From positions 1-28,414 of IMG/VR virus record IMGVR_UViG_3300030372_000536: a stretch of DNA of 28,414 nt; one strand, 5' to 3'. Source of the DNA: a virus. Lineage: Duplodnaviria > Caudoviricetes. The notes under the pieces were generated by a model. It ran no database searches, was not told the DNA's origin, and was given only the letters and a program-made list of their open reading frames with translations. The translations under genes and the position numbers were made by a program. Positions within the stretch are counted from its first letter, which is position 1. Each line of letters opens with the position of its first letter. Shown in pieces: positions 9,619-17,194 of this stretch.

Positions 9619-10067
9619 TATACCAATCCTACAAATATTTCTACTTGTACATCTGTTGTAGCTGCTGGTCTTACTTGAATACTTGTTACATCTTCTAGCG
9701 TTCCAAATGCTGGTGATGTATCTGTTTCACCAATAGCACCTTCTTCTGCTTGAAATAATACATGAGATGCACCTGCTCTTACAGTAACCTGGTAATTAGT
9801 ATTAGTAGTTATTAATGCTACTTTCATATCCTGGTCTGCACTTAAGTTAGTTACTCTAACATATTTAGTATTTTCAACATCTAATGCTCCTGCTGATGCG
9901 TGAGGTGTTGCAGCAAATGTTGCTATAGTTGTAGTTTGACTATGCGTACAAGTTAATATACGTTCAAATACATCTACTATACCTGTTGTTGTTATTACAT
10001 TTGTAGAACCTCTTGTACTTCCGTTTAAAGTTACTGATTCTGTGATTGTTGTTGTTAAATCTGCCAT
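9618..10067 (-). CDS. Hypothetical virion structural protein
   Basis: Thr-rich beta-type 149 aa in the tail operon; TAATG coupling to the next gene. Confidence 0.55.
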   Translation of the reverse strand: MADLTTTITESVTLNGSTRGSTNVITTTGIVDVFERILTCTHSQTTTIATFAATPHASAGALDVENTKYVRVTNLSADQDMKVALITTNTNYQVTVRAGASHVLFQAEEGAIGETDTSPAFGTLEDVTSIQVRPAATTDVQVEIFVGLV

Positions 10068-10069
10068 AA

Positions 10070-10447
10070 TTATTTTTTATCTATTTGTTTTAATTTATTA
10101 ATTGCCCATTCTATACCGCTTGTACCTCCCCAACCTAACCACGCTACATATCCTTTGTCTTTCCATGGTGTTGCTTTGTATTCTGGATTTATTTCTGCAT
10201 TTTTTTGATGTCTTTTAAATGATGCCATACGTGATATCGTGTCTCTTGAAATATTACTTTTGGAGCAGAGCTGGTTGGCTCTTGTTATGCCTACTCTTGT
10301 CATTCCTTTTACTTCATCTCTACCATGTTCATCAATCCAACGTAAAACTTTACAAGCATTATTACTTGCTGATTTTGGATAATCATTATATGTTTCAAGT
10401 TTAATACTTATTGCTTCTAATTGCTCTAATATATCGTTATAATCCAT
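10070..10447 (-). CDS. Hypothetical protein with YxDYP...RAxQL...RMxSFxRH...AWxxWGG domain
   Basis: Recognisable phage domain that I associate with portal/MuF/protease fusions; function unknown. Confidence 0.7.
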   Translation of the reverse strand: MDYNDILEQLEAISIKLETYNDYPKSASNNACKVLRWIDEHGRDEVKGMTRVGITRANQLCSKSNISRDTISRMASFKRHQKNAEINPEYKATPWKDKGYVAWLGWGGTSGIEWAINKLKQIDKK

Positions 10448-10505
10448 AAGTTATCTTTGGGGGTATTAGTTGTATTGTTAATTTTCCTATTTTAAATTTT
10501 ATCAT
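10437..10505 (-). CDS. 22-aa micro-ORF MIKFKIGKLTIQLIPPKITYGL
   Basis: ATGA overlap with the upstream stop; fills the gap and overlaps the next start. Confidence 0.5.
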   Translation of the reverse strand: MIKFKIGKLTIQLIPPKITYGL

Positions 10506-10996
10506 TTTCCTATATATGTTTCTGTCATTGGTATAGTACAAGATTGGAAACTATTTTCTACTGTTAATCCTATATTAAATACCCATCCTGTTACTGATTG
10601 ATCAAACCTTTCTTTAAATGGTTCTAAAGTAAAATTACCTTCTGCAAAATATACAGGAGCATCAATATCTAATGCTAACTGACTTTGCCATTTTGAATTA
10701 CTTAGTATTGCAATAATATCTATACATACTTGTAGTACATCACTATATACCTCTTGTTCATTTGCATTATCATCTTCTACTAAGTCCATTATAAATACTT
10801 GAAAATTGTATATTAATTCTGTTCTTGTTGTGGTTACATTTACAGGATTTAAGTGCATTAATGGATATAATGTATTCTTTTCAAGGTCTATATCATATAT
10901 ATCTCCAACTGTTGTAGTTTTAATCATTAAATGATTTTCACCTAGATTCTTTAAAGTATCTATTACGTTATTATATGTTTTATTATTAATTGCCAT
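10502..10996 (-). CDS. Tail terminator/completion-like protein
   Basis: Acidic 164 aa with YPLMHL, FQVFIMD and PFKERFDQSVTGW motifs; position in the neck/tail block. Confidence 0.55.
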   Translation of the reverse strand: MAINNKTYNNVIDTLKNLGENHLMIKTTTVGDIYDIDLEKNTLYPLMHLNPVNVTTTRTELIYNFQVFIMDLVEDDNANEQEVYSDVLQVCIDIIAILSNSKWQSQLALDIDAPVYFAEGNFTLEPFKERFDQSVTGWVFNIGLTVENSFQSCTIPMTETYIGK

Positions 10997-11240
10997 TTAT
11001 ATTAACTCTTTTTAATGATTCTAAATCTGTTTCATAACTTAACCAGGTAAATGCTTCTAGTGCATTTAATCTTGTTATTGTTTCTAATTTACTAATATCT
11101 CCTCCACACAATCTGTACATCAATCCAAAGTAACCCCATTTTTCTGCAAAATCTTGATCTCCAATTCCTTCTTTATCTCCTCTGTCTGTGCCATTAAATA
11201 TGATGGCAAAATCTTCAACAATTCTTTTCCTAAACTCCAA
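10986..11240 (-). CDS. -1 frame extension of the tail assembly chaperone (gpGT-like)
   Basis: ORF begins exactly at the T9 slippery run of the upstream gene, in the -1 frame. Confidence 0.7.
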   Translation of the reverse strand: MEFRKRIVEDFAIIFNGTDRGDKEGIGDQDFAEKWGYFGLMYRLCGGDISKLETITRLNALEAFTWLSYETDLESLKRVNINGN

Positions 11241-11761
11241 AAAAAAACCAGCGAGGATTGTACTTGTGCAGCTTTCATACTCTTAAATTCTTCTGCTCTT
11301 ATAGTTATATTCCCATCATATGCTGGTATAGTATATGCTTTATTTTTCTTTTCCAATACAGGTCTATAAAGAACTGACATTATTTCTGGCATATTCTTTT
11401 CTATTCCATCTTTTATAAATGTTTCTATATCTGCCCATTCTCCTAATGTAATATCTTCCAAATTAGGGTGCATACCATATTCAACACCATTTACTTTTAT
11501 TATCTTTTTAAAAGTGCCATCTGCCTTTTTTTGCATTTCTGCAACCTTACCCATTATAACTGCAATATCTTTTATAGCCAATTCTTTAACAAGTTTTCTA
11601 GGCATATCAGATAATAACCTAATAGATTTTATTGCTTCCTCACTTTTACTTCCTTTTTGGTAGTCCATTAATTTAATCCAACTATCTAAAGTAACGTCAT
11701 CCCAACTTTTAATCAAATTAAAAGATTTTACCTTACCTTCTTTTTTAACATTGATTTTCAT
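11120..11761 (-). CDS. Tail assembly chaperone (gpG-like)
   Basis: SWDDVTL and EDITLGEWADIE repeats, LYRP motif, slippery GTT TTT TTT TGG near the 3' end. Confidence 0.6.
   Translation of the reverse strand: MKINVKKEGKVKSFNLIKSWDDVTLDSWIKLMDYQKGSKSEEAIKSIRLLSDMPRKLVKELAIKDIAVIMGKVAEMQKKADGTFKKIIKVNGVEYGMHPNLEDITLGEWADIETFIKDGIEKNMPEIMSVLYRPVLEKKNKAYTIPAYDGNITIRAEEFKSMKAAQVQSSLVFFWSLGKELLKILPSYLMAQTEEIKKELEIKILQKNGVTLD
11239..11247 (-). other. Programmed -1 frameshift slippery site (T TTT TTT)
   Basis: Nine-T run; frame 0 reads VFFWSLGK, frame -1 reads VFFLEFRKRIVEDF. Confidence 0.7.
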
Positions 11762-11763
11762 AA

Positions 11764-11793
11764 TATATAATAGAAAAAGTTCATATTTAGTTT
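11764..11793 (-). promoter_or_regulatory. Putative late promoter 3 (degenerate upstream box)
   Basis: CTATTATATA exact; upstream box AAACTAAA vs consensus CAAATAAA; 2 nt before the ATG at 11761. Confidence 0.65.
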
Positions 11794-12994
11794 ACTGTAC
11801 AAAATACCTACCATAATTAGGATTATCTAAATGGTAAATTACGTTGTATCTTATAGCATCAATAGCGTGATTATAGGAATCTACATATAGCTTAGAACCT
11901 TTATCTGCATATACATAATTATTCAACTCCTTAGCAATATTAGTTGATTCTGGACATACTACTAATTCATAATCTTGCATACGTGTAATACCACTTTCTA
12001 TTGTACCTTTTTTTACAGGTTTTATATTTACTCCTAAGTGTTTTAAATCTTCTATCAATCTTGGTTCTGCACTATCAGCTATTATAAGTTTATTATCTAC
12101 TTTGTCTAATACTATCTTAGCTAATTCATGTGATTTTAATCCATTCTTGTATATATGTTCTTTAACATACATTTTCTTTTTCTTTTTATCAATAGCTACT
12201 TCTATTAGACTATCTGGATCAACACTAAATCCAAAGTCCATACCGCAAGATGTTTGTAGTCCATCTGGATTAAATTGTCCTATTGTCCAATTATCAAATA
12301 CTACACCTTCTGCTTTATCTAACCATCCTCCAAGTATCTTATGCTTATACTTTTTTATATTACGTTCCTTTATGGTCTTAATACGCTCTAGGAAACTCTT
12401 AGAGAGGTTTTCTATATTATCTAGGTATGTACTATGGATATAGCACACATTGTCTTTAACGCCATTAAAACCAGCCTCTACGCCTTTGTCTTGAAAAAAC
12501 CTATTATATATCCAATGTTCTTTAGTAACAGGATTTAATATTAATATAATTCTATTCTGTACATCTTTTTCTCTAATACTCAAATCTATAGTATCAAATA
12601 TATCTTCATCTATTAATTCCTCAGCTTCATCTAGTACCCAACACGATATACCTTGTAATGATTTTAGACTAGCTGTCTGATTACCTGCTGATGTCTTTAT
12701 ACCTCTAAATAGTATGTCTGACTTATTACCTAGATTTAATACCTCAGCTTTATTTACACTAAATATATTTTCAAATCCTAGTAAAGTAATTTTCTCTAAG
12801 AACTCAGGTATTATAGATAGATGTGCTGATACCATTGTATATCTTGTAAACAATACCCTAATATTCTTACTCATAGTAAGTAATGTTAGAAATACAGTTA
12901 CTGCAAATGATTTACCAGAACCCCTACCACCTGTTATTATATAATAACGTGCATCAGATTCAAAAAGTAGTTTATATTTATTATTCAGTTCCAG
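11792..12994 (-). CDS. terL: Terminase large subunit (PBSX-like); probable CTG start
   Basis: Walker A GGRGSGKS lies in frame upstream of the listed ATG (12874); Walker B VLDEAEE, ILNP, GMDFG nuclease motif, DSAEP, NHAIDAIRY. The start coordinate is inferred. Confidence 0.92.
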   Translation of the reverse strand: MELNNKYKLLFESDARYYIITGGRGSGKSFAVTVFLTLLTMSKNIRVLFTRYTMVSAHLSIIPEFLEKITLLGFENIFSVNKAEVLNLGNKSDILFRGIKTSAGNQTASLKSLQGISCWVLDEAEELIDEDIFDTIDLSIREKDVQNRIILILNPVTKEHWIYNRFFQDKGVEAGFNGVKDNVCYIHSTYLDNIENLSKSFLERIKTIKERNIKKYKHKILGGWLDKAEGVVFDNWTIGQFNPDGLQTSCGMDFGFSVDPDSLIEVAIDKKKKKMYVKEHIYKNGLKSHELAKIVLDKVDNKLIIADSAEPRLIEDLKHLGVNIKPVKKGTIESGITRMQDYELVVCPESTNIAKELNNYVYADKGSKLYVDSYNHAIDAIRYNVIYHLDNPNYGRYFVQ

Positions 12995-13250
12995 AATCTA
13001 CAAAATTAATTAAAGGCATATTAATACTTTCATCATTTGTAGTTACATCTACTCTTTGTTGTGGTTTACCATAAAAGTATTCAAAGAATAACTTTACAGC
13101 CCATTGTTCTTTTTTCTCTAATCCTTGTTGTAAAGAATCTAATGCCATACCATTCATAGGTGTTAAATTCTCTATTAGCTTTTGTTCTTCTGATTTACTT
13201 TTACGACCAGCACCTTTTCTAGCACCTCCATTATTTATTCGTTTATCCAT
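12981..13250 (-). CDS. terS: Terminase small subunit
   Basis: NGGARKGAGRK motif and YFYGKPQQRVDVT; overlaps the TerL start. ATG at 13250 preferred over the TTG at 13274. Confidence 0.7.
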   Translation of the reverse strand: MDKRINNGGARKGAGRKSKSEEQKLIENLTPMNGMALDSLQQGLEKKEQWAVKLFFEYFYGKPQQRVDVTTNDESINMPLINFVDSGTE

Positions 13251-13282
13251 AATTGAAAAAGATTGATTATTCAATTCTATAT

Positions 13283-13312
13283 TATATAATAGAAATTATT
13301 TGTATTCATTTG
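13283..13312 (-). promoter_or_regulatory. Putative late promoter 4 at the early/late boundary
   Basis: CAAAT-N15-CTATTATATA overlapping the end of the NinB-like gene, upstream of terS. Confidence 0.75.
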
Positions 13313-13679
13313 GTAACATTAATCTTATGTTTAATTCACTCAATGCCCATATACGTATTGTTTCTGCATATATCTCAAAGGCTTTGGTGTTCATTCTTGC
13401 AGTAGAATTTATTACCTGTAAACCAATCTGCTTATCATTTATATTTACACTTTTCCATTCACTTGCAAATTTAGCCTTCAAACAATTATGCATATCATCA
13501 TTGTAATAGCCCAATTCTTCTCCTAATACTTGAACTATACATTTCCAATAATAGTTGTTTTGAACCATTGACCTTGTTTCTCTTTGTTTTTTCACATCTA
13601 CTACATAATCAGTACCTAATTCTTTTAAATAGTTTATTAGACTTTGCTTATCTTTATTATCCTTTATTACAAACTTCAT
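13296..13679 (-). CDS. NinB/Orf-like recombination protein
   Basis: RSxxQNxYYW...H..LK...STARMNTKAFEIY pattern. Confidence 0.65.
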   Translation of the reverse strand: MKFVIKDNKDKQSLINYLKELGTDYVVDVKKQRETRSMVQNNYYWKCIVQVLGEELGYYNDDMHNCLKAKFASEWKSVNINDKQIGLQVINSTARMNTKAFEIYAETIRIWALSELNIRLMLPNEYK

Positions 13680-13879
13680 TATAAATTTCTTATTCTTTGT
13701 ACGTTTTCAAATCTTCTTTTTAGTTCTTTACTTAATACATTTCTAATAGTACCTTCATCTACATCAAACTTATCTTCTATTAGTTTGAATCCGTTAGCAT
13801 GAGGATTAGTAAAATAGTATTCTATTATCTTTTTATTTAATATAACTTTTTGTCTTTTTGTTCTTTTTTTTCTATCCAT
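13679..13879 (-). CDS. Small basic HTH-like protein
   Basis: FKLIEDKFDVDEGTIRNVL resembles a helix-turn-helix; TAATG coupling on both sides. Confidence 0.5.
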   Translation of the reverse strand: MDRKKRTKRQKVILNKKIIEYYFTNPHANGFKLIEDKFDVDEGTIRNVLSKELKRRFENVQRIRNL

Positions 13880-14133
13880 TAATCAAAGGGTTCATTTATT
13901 CCACGTTCTCCTGTAAGTTTTTCTTTAGCACCATCCCAAAGTTTATCTCCTTTATTACTTAGTGTTGGTTCTGTTCTTATTAAGTTAGGCATACCTTCTG
14001 CTGGTTCACTATCCATATACTTACCACATCCACATAATGCTTCTTTAGCAACCCAATTACCATCTCTATATACAATAGTTGCTTTACTTATTTCTTTTTC
14101 TTCTTTACCACATTCGCATTTATATAGTGTCAT
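13879..14133 (-). CDS. Small Zn-ribbon-like hypothetical protein
   Basis: CECG and CGCG pairs. Confidence 0.55.
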   Translation of the reverse strand: MTLYKCECGKEEKEISKATIVYRDGNWVAKEALCGCGKYMDSEPAEGMPNLIRTEPTLSNKGDKLWDGAKEKLTGERGINEPFD

Positions 14134-14344
14134 TGTGTATTCTATCTAATTCAAAATGTAAATGGTTGATTGCTTTTCTTATGTCTTGTACCATTGGATT
14201 CCCTGCTTTTTTTCCTGCTCTAAGTAAATATGTAATAGCAGTTCCAAGATTATAATTATTAGGTTGGAAATCCTCTACTACTTTTCTAGCTTCGTACTTA
14301 TATTTTTTACCTATATAGTATTCAGGAATTGGTGTTTTTTTCAT
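14120..14344 (-). CDS. DUF3310-like protein (T7 gp1.7 nucleotide-kinase-related family)
   Basis: PEYY...NLGTAITYLLRAGKK...QDIRKAINHL pattern; ATG at 14344. Confidence 0.7.
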   Translation of the reverse strand: MKKTPIPEYYIGKKYKYEARKVVEDFQPNNYNLGTAITYLLRAGKKAGNPMVQDIRKAINHLHFELDRIHNDTI

Positions 14345-14471
14345 TATCAAATTTATTTAAGTTTTCTTTTAGTTTTTTGTTTTGGTGTTGCGTGTCTTTA
14401 TATTCTATAAAGCTAATAAATAATAAATAACTTACTATATAAAATAAAACAATCATTGCTATTATACACAT
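14322..14471 (-). CDS. 49-aa single-TM protein MCIIAMIVLFYIVSYLLFISFIEYKDTQHQNKKLKENLNKFDNEKNTNS
   Basis: Manual translation; A-rich leader, fills the gap, hydrophobic N-terminus with a charged tail. Confidence 0.6.
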   Translation of the reverse strand: MCIIAMIVLFYIVSYLLFISFIEYKDTQHQNKKLKENLNKFDNEKNTNS

Positions 14472-14488
14472 AAATTTTAATTTTTAAA

Positions 14489-14561
14489 TATGGAGGGTAA
14501 TAATCTCACGACAAAGAGAATAAAAAAAATAAAAGAAAAATGTTGACTATTACCCCCCATA
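14489..14561 (-). ncRNA. Structured RNA element A: 17-bp stem, 39-nt loop
   Basis: Arms 14545-14561 and 14489-14505 pair fully on the minus strand with two G-U wobbles; shares scaffold with element B. Confidence 0.55.
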
Positions 14562-14951
14562 CTTGTTATATATATCTTTAATTCCATTTAATACACTACT
14601 TAAACAACTGCTGCAATTAGTTCCTGTGCTATAATTAGTTGCGTATATTGTATTATATAATTCTATTGCTTTACGCTTAACCTCTTGATTTTTTGCCCTT
14701 CCGTTTTTTATATCTGGATATACTTTAATCACTTCTTCTATCAATTCTTCTGGTAATCCTTTAGGTACTTCTATTGTTGTTGTTTTATTCCAATACTTTT
14801 CTGGACACGCCATTGGTGCTATTCGTGCTTTTATCTTCATGAAACATAAACACCTTTTACATTGTCCTGTTGGTTTATAATAATAAATACATTCTTTACA
14901 TATAGCTAACCTGTCATTATACACTTCATCAGATGTAAAAAACTTATTCAT
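14550..14951 (-). CDS. Cys-rich Zn-binding hypothetical protein
   Basis: RLAICKEC...CKRCLCFM..K....ACP..YW plus a C-terminal NCSSC. Confidence 0.6.
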   Translation of the reverse strand: MNKFFTSDEVYNDRLAICKECIYYYKPTGQCKRCLCFMKIKARIAPMACPEKYWNKTTTIEVPKGLPEELIEEVIKVYPDIKNGRAKNQEVKRKAIELYNTIYATNYSTGTNCSSCLSSVLNGIKDIYNKYGG

Positions 14952-15495
14952 CTGCTAATTCCTTTTTTAATATATCTCTAACTTTATCTATTGTCGTAAA
15001 TAAACTATTTCTACTAATTTTGGTTTGTTCTGCTAAACTATCTAAAGTGTTACCTTCATAATATAACTCAAATACTTTTTTATCGTACCAATGTAATTTA
15101 TCCAACTCCTTATCTATTAATTCTAACTTCTCCCATTGGTGATCGGATTCTATTTCTTCTGGCATATTATATATACTTTTATGAAAATTCTCTTGAGTAG
15201 CATTGGACGTGTAAGTCATTGTTTTTAAATTAGTATAATACTTTTTGTATTTATAATAATAAGCACTTCTAGGACTTGTTAATGAACGTCTTAAAGCTAC
15301 TGCTCCATATCGTAAAATTCCTTGCTTTCCATCCTTTTCATATATTGATGATAATACTTCTGGCGACATCTGGAGGAAATAGAGCATAAGTTCCTGTACA
15401 GCATTATTTATCTCATTCTCATCTTTACATATACCAAATGCCATTTCTTTGAATTTTGGATATAAGTCTGATACTATTTTATATATATCATTCAT
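14944..15495 (-). CDS. Phage-encoded ECF-like sigma-70 factor
   Basis: Region-2-like MAFGICKDENEINNAVQELMLYFL and region-4 HTH LDKLHWYDKKVFELYYEGNTLDSLAEQTKISRNSLFTTIDKVR; 183 aa. Confidence 0.75.
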   Translation of the reverse strand: MNDIYKIVSDLYPKFKEMAFGICKDENEINNAVQELMLYFLQMSPEVLSSIYEKDGKQGILRYGAVALRRSLTSPRSAYYYKYKKYYTNLKTMTYTSNATQENFHKSIYNMPEEIESDHQWEKLELIDKELDKLHWYDKKVFELYYEGNTLDSLAEQTKISRNSLFTTIDKVRDILKKELADE

Positions 15496-15844
15496 TGATA
15501 GGTTCTATCTTTTCTAACTTATCTACAACATCTTGCAACATTTCATTCAAAAGCAACTTATACGAATTTACTACTGTTTTGTTTCCTTTTGTTTCTATAC
15601 CTGCTAAAAAACCATTTGTCATAACTGCTAAATTAATTGGTAATATCATTAGCCAATCCCAATAGTTCTGCTCCTTTGCTCCCTTTCCGTAGTTGTTGTG
15701 ATATTCAATTACTATTTCAAAGATCTCTTTATAATTCTTCCATCTTGTATCATTAGCAACATCTCTAGCAAATTCCTTTAATAACATAATATACTGCTCT
15801 ATTATTATCTGGTGCTTTTTGTTTGCATAGATGATTTTAGACAT
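15488..15844 (-). CDS. Hypothetical protein
   Basis: 118-aa ORF overlapping the sigma gene start. Confidence 0.65.
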   Translation of the reverse strand: MSKIIYANKKHQIIIEQYIMLLKEFARDVANDTRWKNYKEIFEIVIEYHNNYGKGAKEQNYWDWLMILPINLAVMTNGFLAGIETKGNKTVVNSYKLLLNEMLQDVVDKLEKIEPINE

Positions 15845-15848
15845 AATT

Positions 15849-15856
15849 CAAAGATA
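15849..15856 (-). promoter_or_regulatory. Possible Bacteroidota -7 box (TATCTTTG) ahead of the sigma operon
   Basis: Matches TAnnTTTG in a 21-bp gap; no clear -33 box. Confidence 0.4.
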
Positions 15857-15865
15857 TAAAAATTA

Positions 15866-16282
15866 TCAATCTAATCCTTTTTCTTTTTTTAAGTTTTCAA
15901 CAATAGATTTATAATAACGTATATCTTCTTCATATTCTACTCTTATTCTTTTTATAGTTGTTTGTGCTAAAAATTGTAGTTCGTTAGCAGTACCATCACC
16001 ATACTTTGCATTTAAATTCATACCAAACTTCCATTGTTCACCTGAACCTGAAAACATATTACAACGTACACATTGGACTTGACAATTCCACTCATTCCAT
16101 CTTGTTGCATGATGTCTGCGACTTTGAAAGTGTCCACATTGTAGTTTTTTATAATGATCTATTTTACCGCAAGTAAAACATTGAGAGATACCTTGTCCTG
16201 TTGCCTCTCTTAGTCTTATATATAAACTAAACCATTTATCTAGTTCTTTTTTTAATTTGCTTATAGATTTTTTAGTAGGCAT
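15866..16282 (-). CDS. ninG: NinG/Rap-like endonuclease
   Basis: FSLYIRLR, CFTCG, CGHFQSR, NCQVQCVRCN motifs. Confidence 0.85.
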   Translation of the reverse strand: MPTKKSISKLKKELDKWFSLYIRLREATGQGISQCFTCGKIDHYKKLQCGHFQSRRHHATRWNEWNCQVQCVRCNMFSGSGEQWKFGMNLNAKYGDGTANELQFLAQTTIKRIRVEYEEDIRYYKSIVENLKKEKGLD

Positions 16283-16614
16283 TATTTTTTAGGTAATTGA
16301 CAAGACATATGGATATTATATCCTAATTTAGCTTTCATTTTATCCTGTTGAGTTGTTTGTCTATCTTTGTAGAACTTCCCTCTTAGATGCTCATTTTCTT
16401 CCTGGACTTTTCTTCTCATCCTTGTAAGTCCTTCTACATTATGCAATTTATTAGTGGCAAACATTGTTAAAAATTCATGTGCAGTAATGTCTTTTGTATC
16501 TATATCTTTTCTTTTTAATTCATTAGTCCAGAATCTAGCAATCATTTTTGCATCACTATCTCTTAGCCTTGAATCATTAGTTAATAGATTTTTAATTTCT
16601 TCTTTTGTTTTCAT
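16282..16614 (-). CDS. Hypothetical protein
   Basis: Start at 16614 preferred (ATGA overlap); LRDSD and LTRMRRKVQE motifs. Confidence 0.6.
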   Translation of the reverse strand: MKTKEEIKNLLTNDSRLRDSDAKMIARFWTNELKRKDIDTKDITAHEFLTMFATNKLHNVEGLTRMRRKVQEENEHLRGKFYKDRQTTQQDKMKAKLGYNIHMSCQLPKK

Positions 16615-16826
16615 TTCATTCCCCATTTTTGTTTTTCTTCTTTTGTCCAATAACCATCAGCTTCTAAGTCATCTGCATATTTTCTAGCTTCTTTATATAA
16701 TTTTATATTCTTTTTTTGTATATAATTTATAAATTCTTCTTGCCAACTTATCTTTTCAAAATTCTTTCTATTTACATCAAGTGCATTTAATAGTAATTGT
16801 AATGGAGCTGTTTCTTCTTTTTTCAT
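16611..16826 (-). CDS. Hypothetical protein
   Basis: 71 aa; ATGA overlaps at both ends. Confidence 0.6.
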   Translation of the reverse strand: MKKEETAPLQLLLNALDVNRKNFEKISWQEEFINYIQKKNIKLYKEARKYADDLEADGYWTKEEKQKWGMK

Positions 16827-17194
16827 TTTAATAATTTTTTAGGTTCTTGATAATATGGTACTTCTTTAGGATTCTTATTCAAAGTATGTACCTCGTAATA
16901 TGCCGCATCTACTCGTTCTTTTTTATGCTGATAAACCCATTTGTAAAAAGTTCTTATATTTAAAAATGGCTCATCTTTAGCAAATCTAACACCTAATCTA
17001 AAAGCGTCTTGTATCTGATTAAATGTTAATCTATTGAATCTATTTTCTATTTGTAAATCATTAGCAAATATTTTAGATAATGCTGCCATTGTTTTTCCAT
17101 CAGTTCTATGACCTATCTCTACTGAGGTTAAACTAACTAAATCATATACCTTATTAGTTAGTTCTTTTAAACTATAATCTTTTATTGCTTTCAT
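16823..17194 (-). CDS. Hypothetical protein, possible helicase loader by position
   Basis: Coupled directly downstream of the initiator, as lambda P follows O; function inferred from position only. Confidence 0.45.
   Translation of the reverse strand: MKAIKDYSLKELTNKVYDLVSLTSVEIGHRTDGKTMAALSKIFANDLQIENRFNRLTFNQIQDAFRLGVRFAKDEPFLNIRTFYKWVYQHKKERVDAAYYEVHTLNKNPKEVPYYQEPKKLLK

Noticed and set aside
12998-13003. TTG-TAG ahead of terL as a sign of amber recoding
   Set aside because: The genome tiles fully under the standard code, and TAG acts as a plausible stop elsewhere (18863, 20912).
12883-13074. 63-aa minus-strand ORF over the terS/terL junction
   Set aside because: Third-frame overlap of two real genes; the Walker A is not in this frame.
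14462-14470. Isolated perfect DnaA box TTATACACA
   Set aside because: Single copy inside the first codons of an ORF; expected by chance in AT-rich DNA.
14540-14581. Plus-strand mini-ORFs starting at the ATGs inside elements A (14540) and B (18373)
   Set aside because: Only 13 and 8 codons; no plus-strand promoter seen, and the G-U pairing favours the minus strand.
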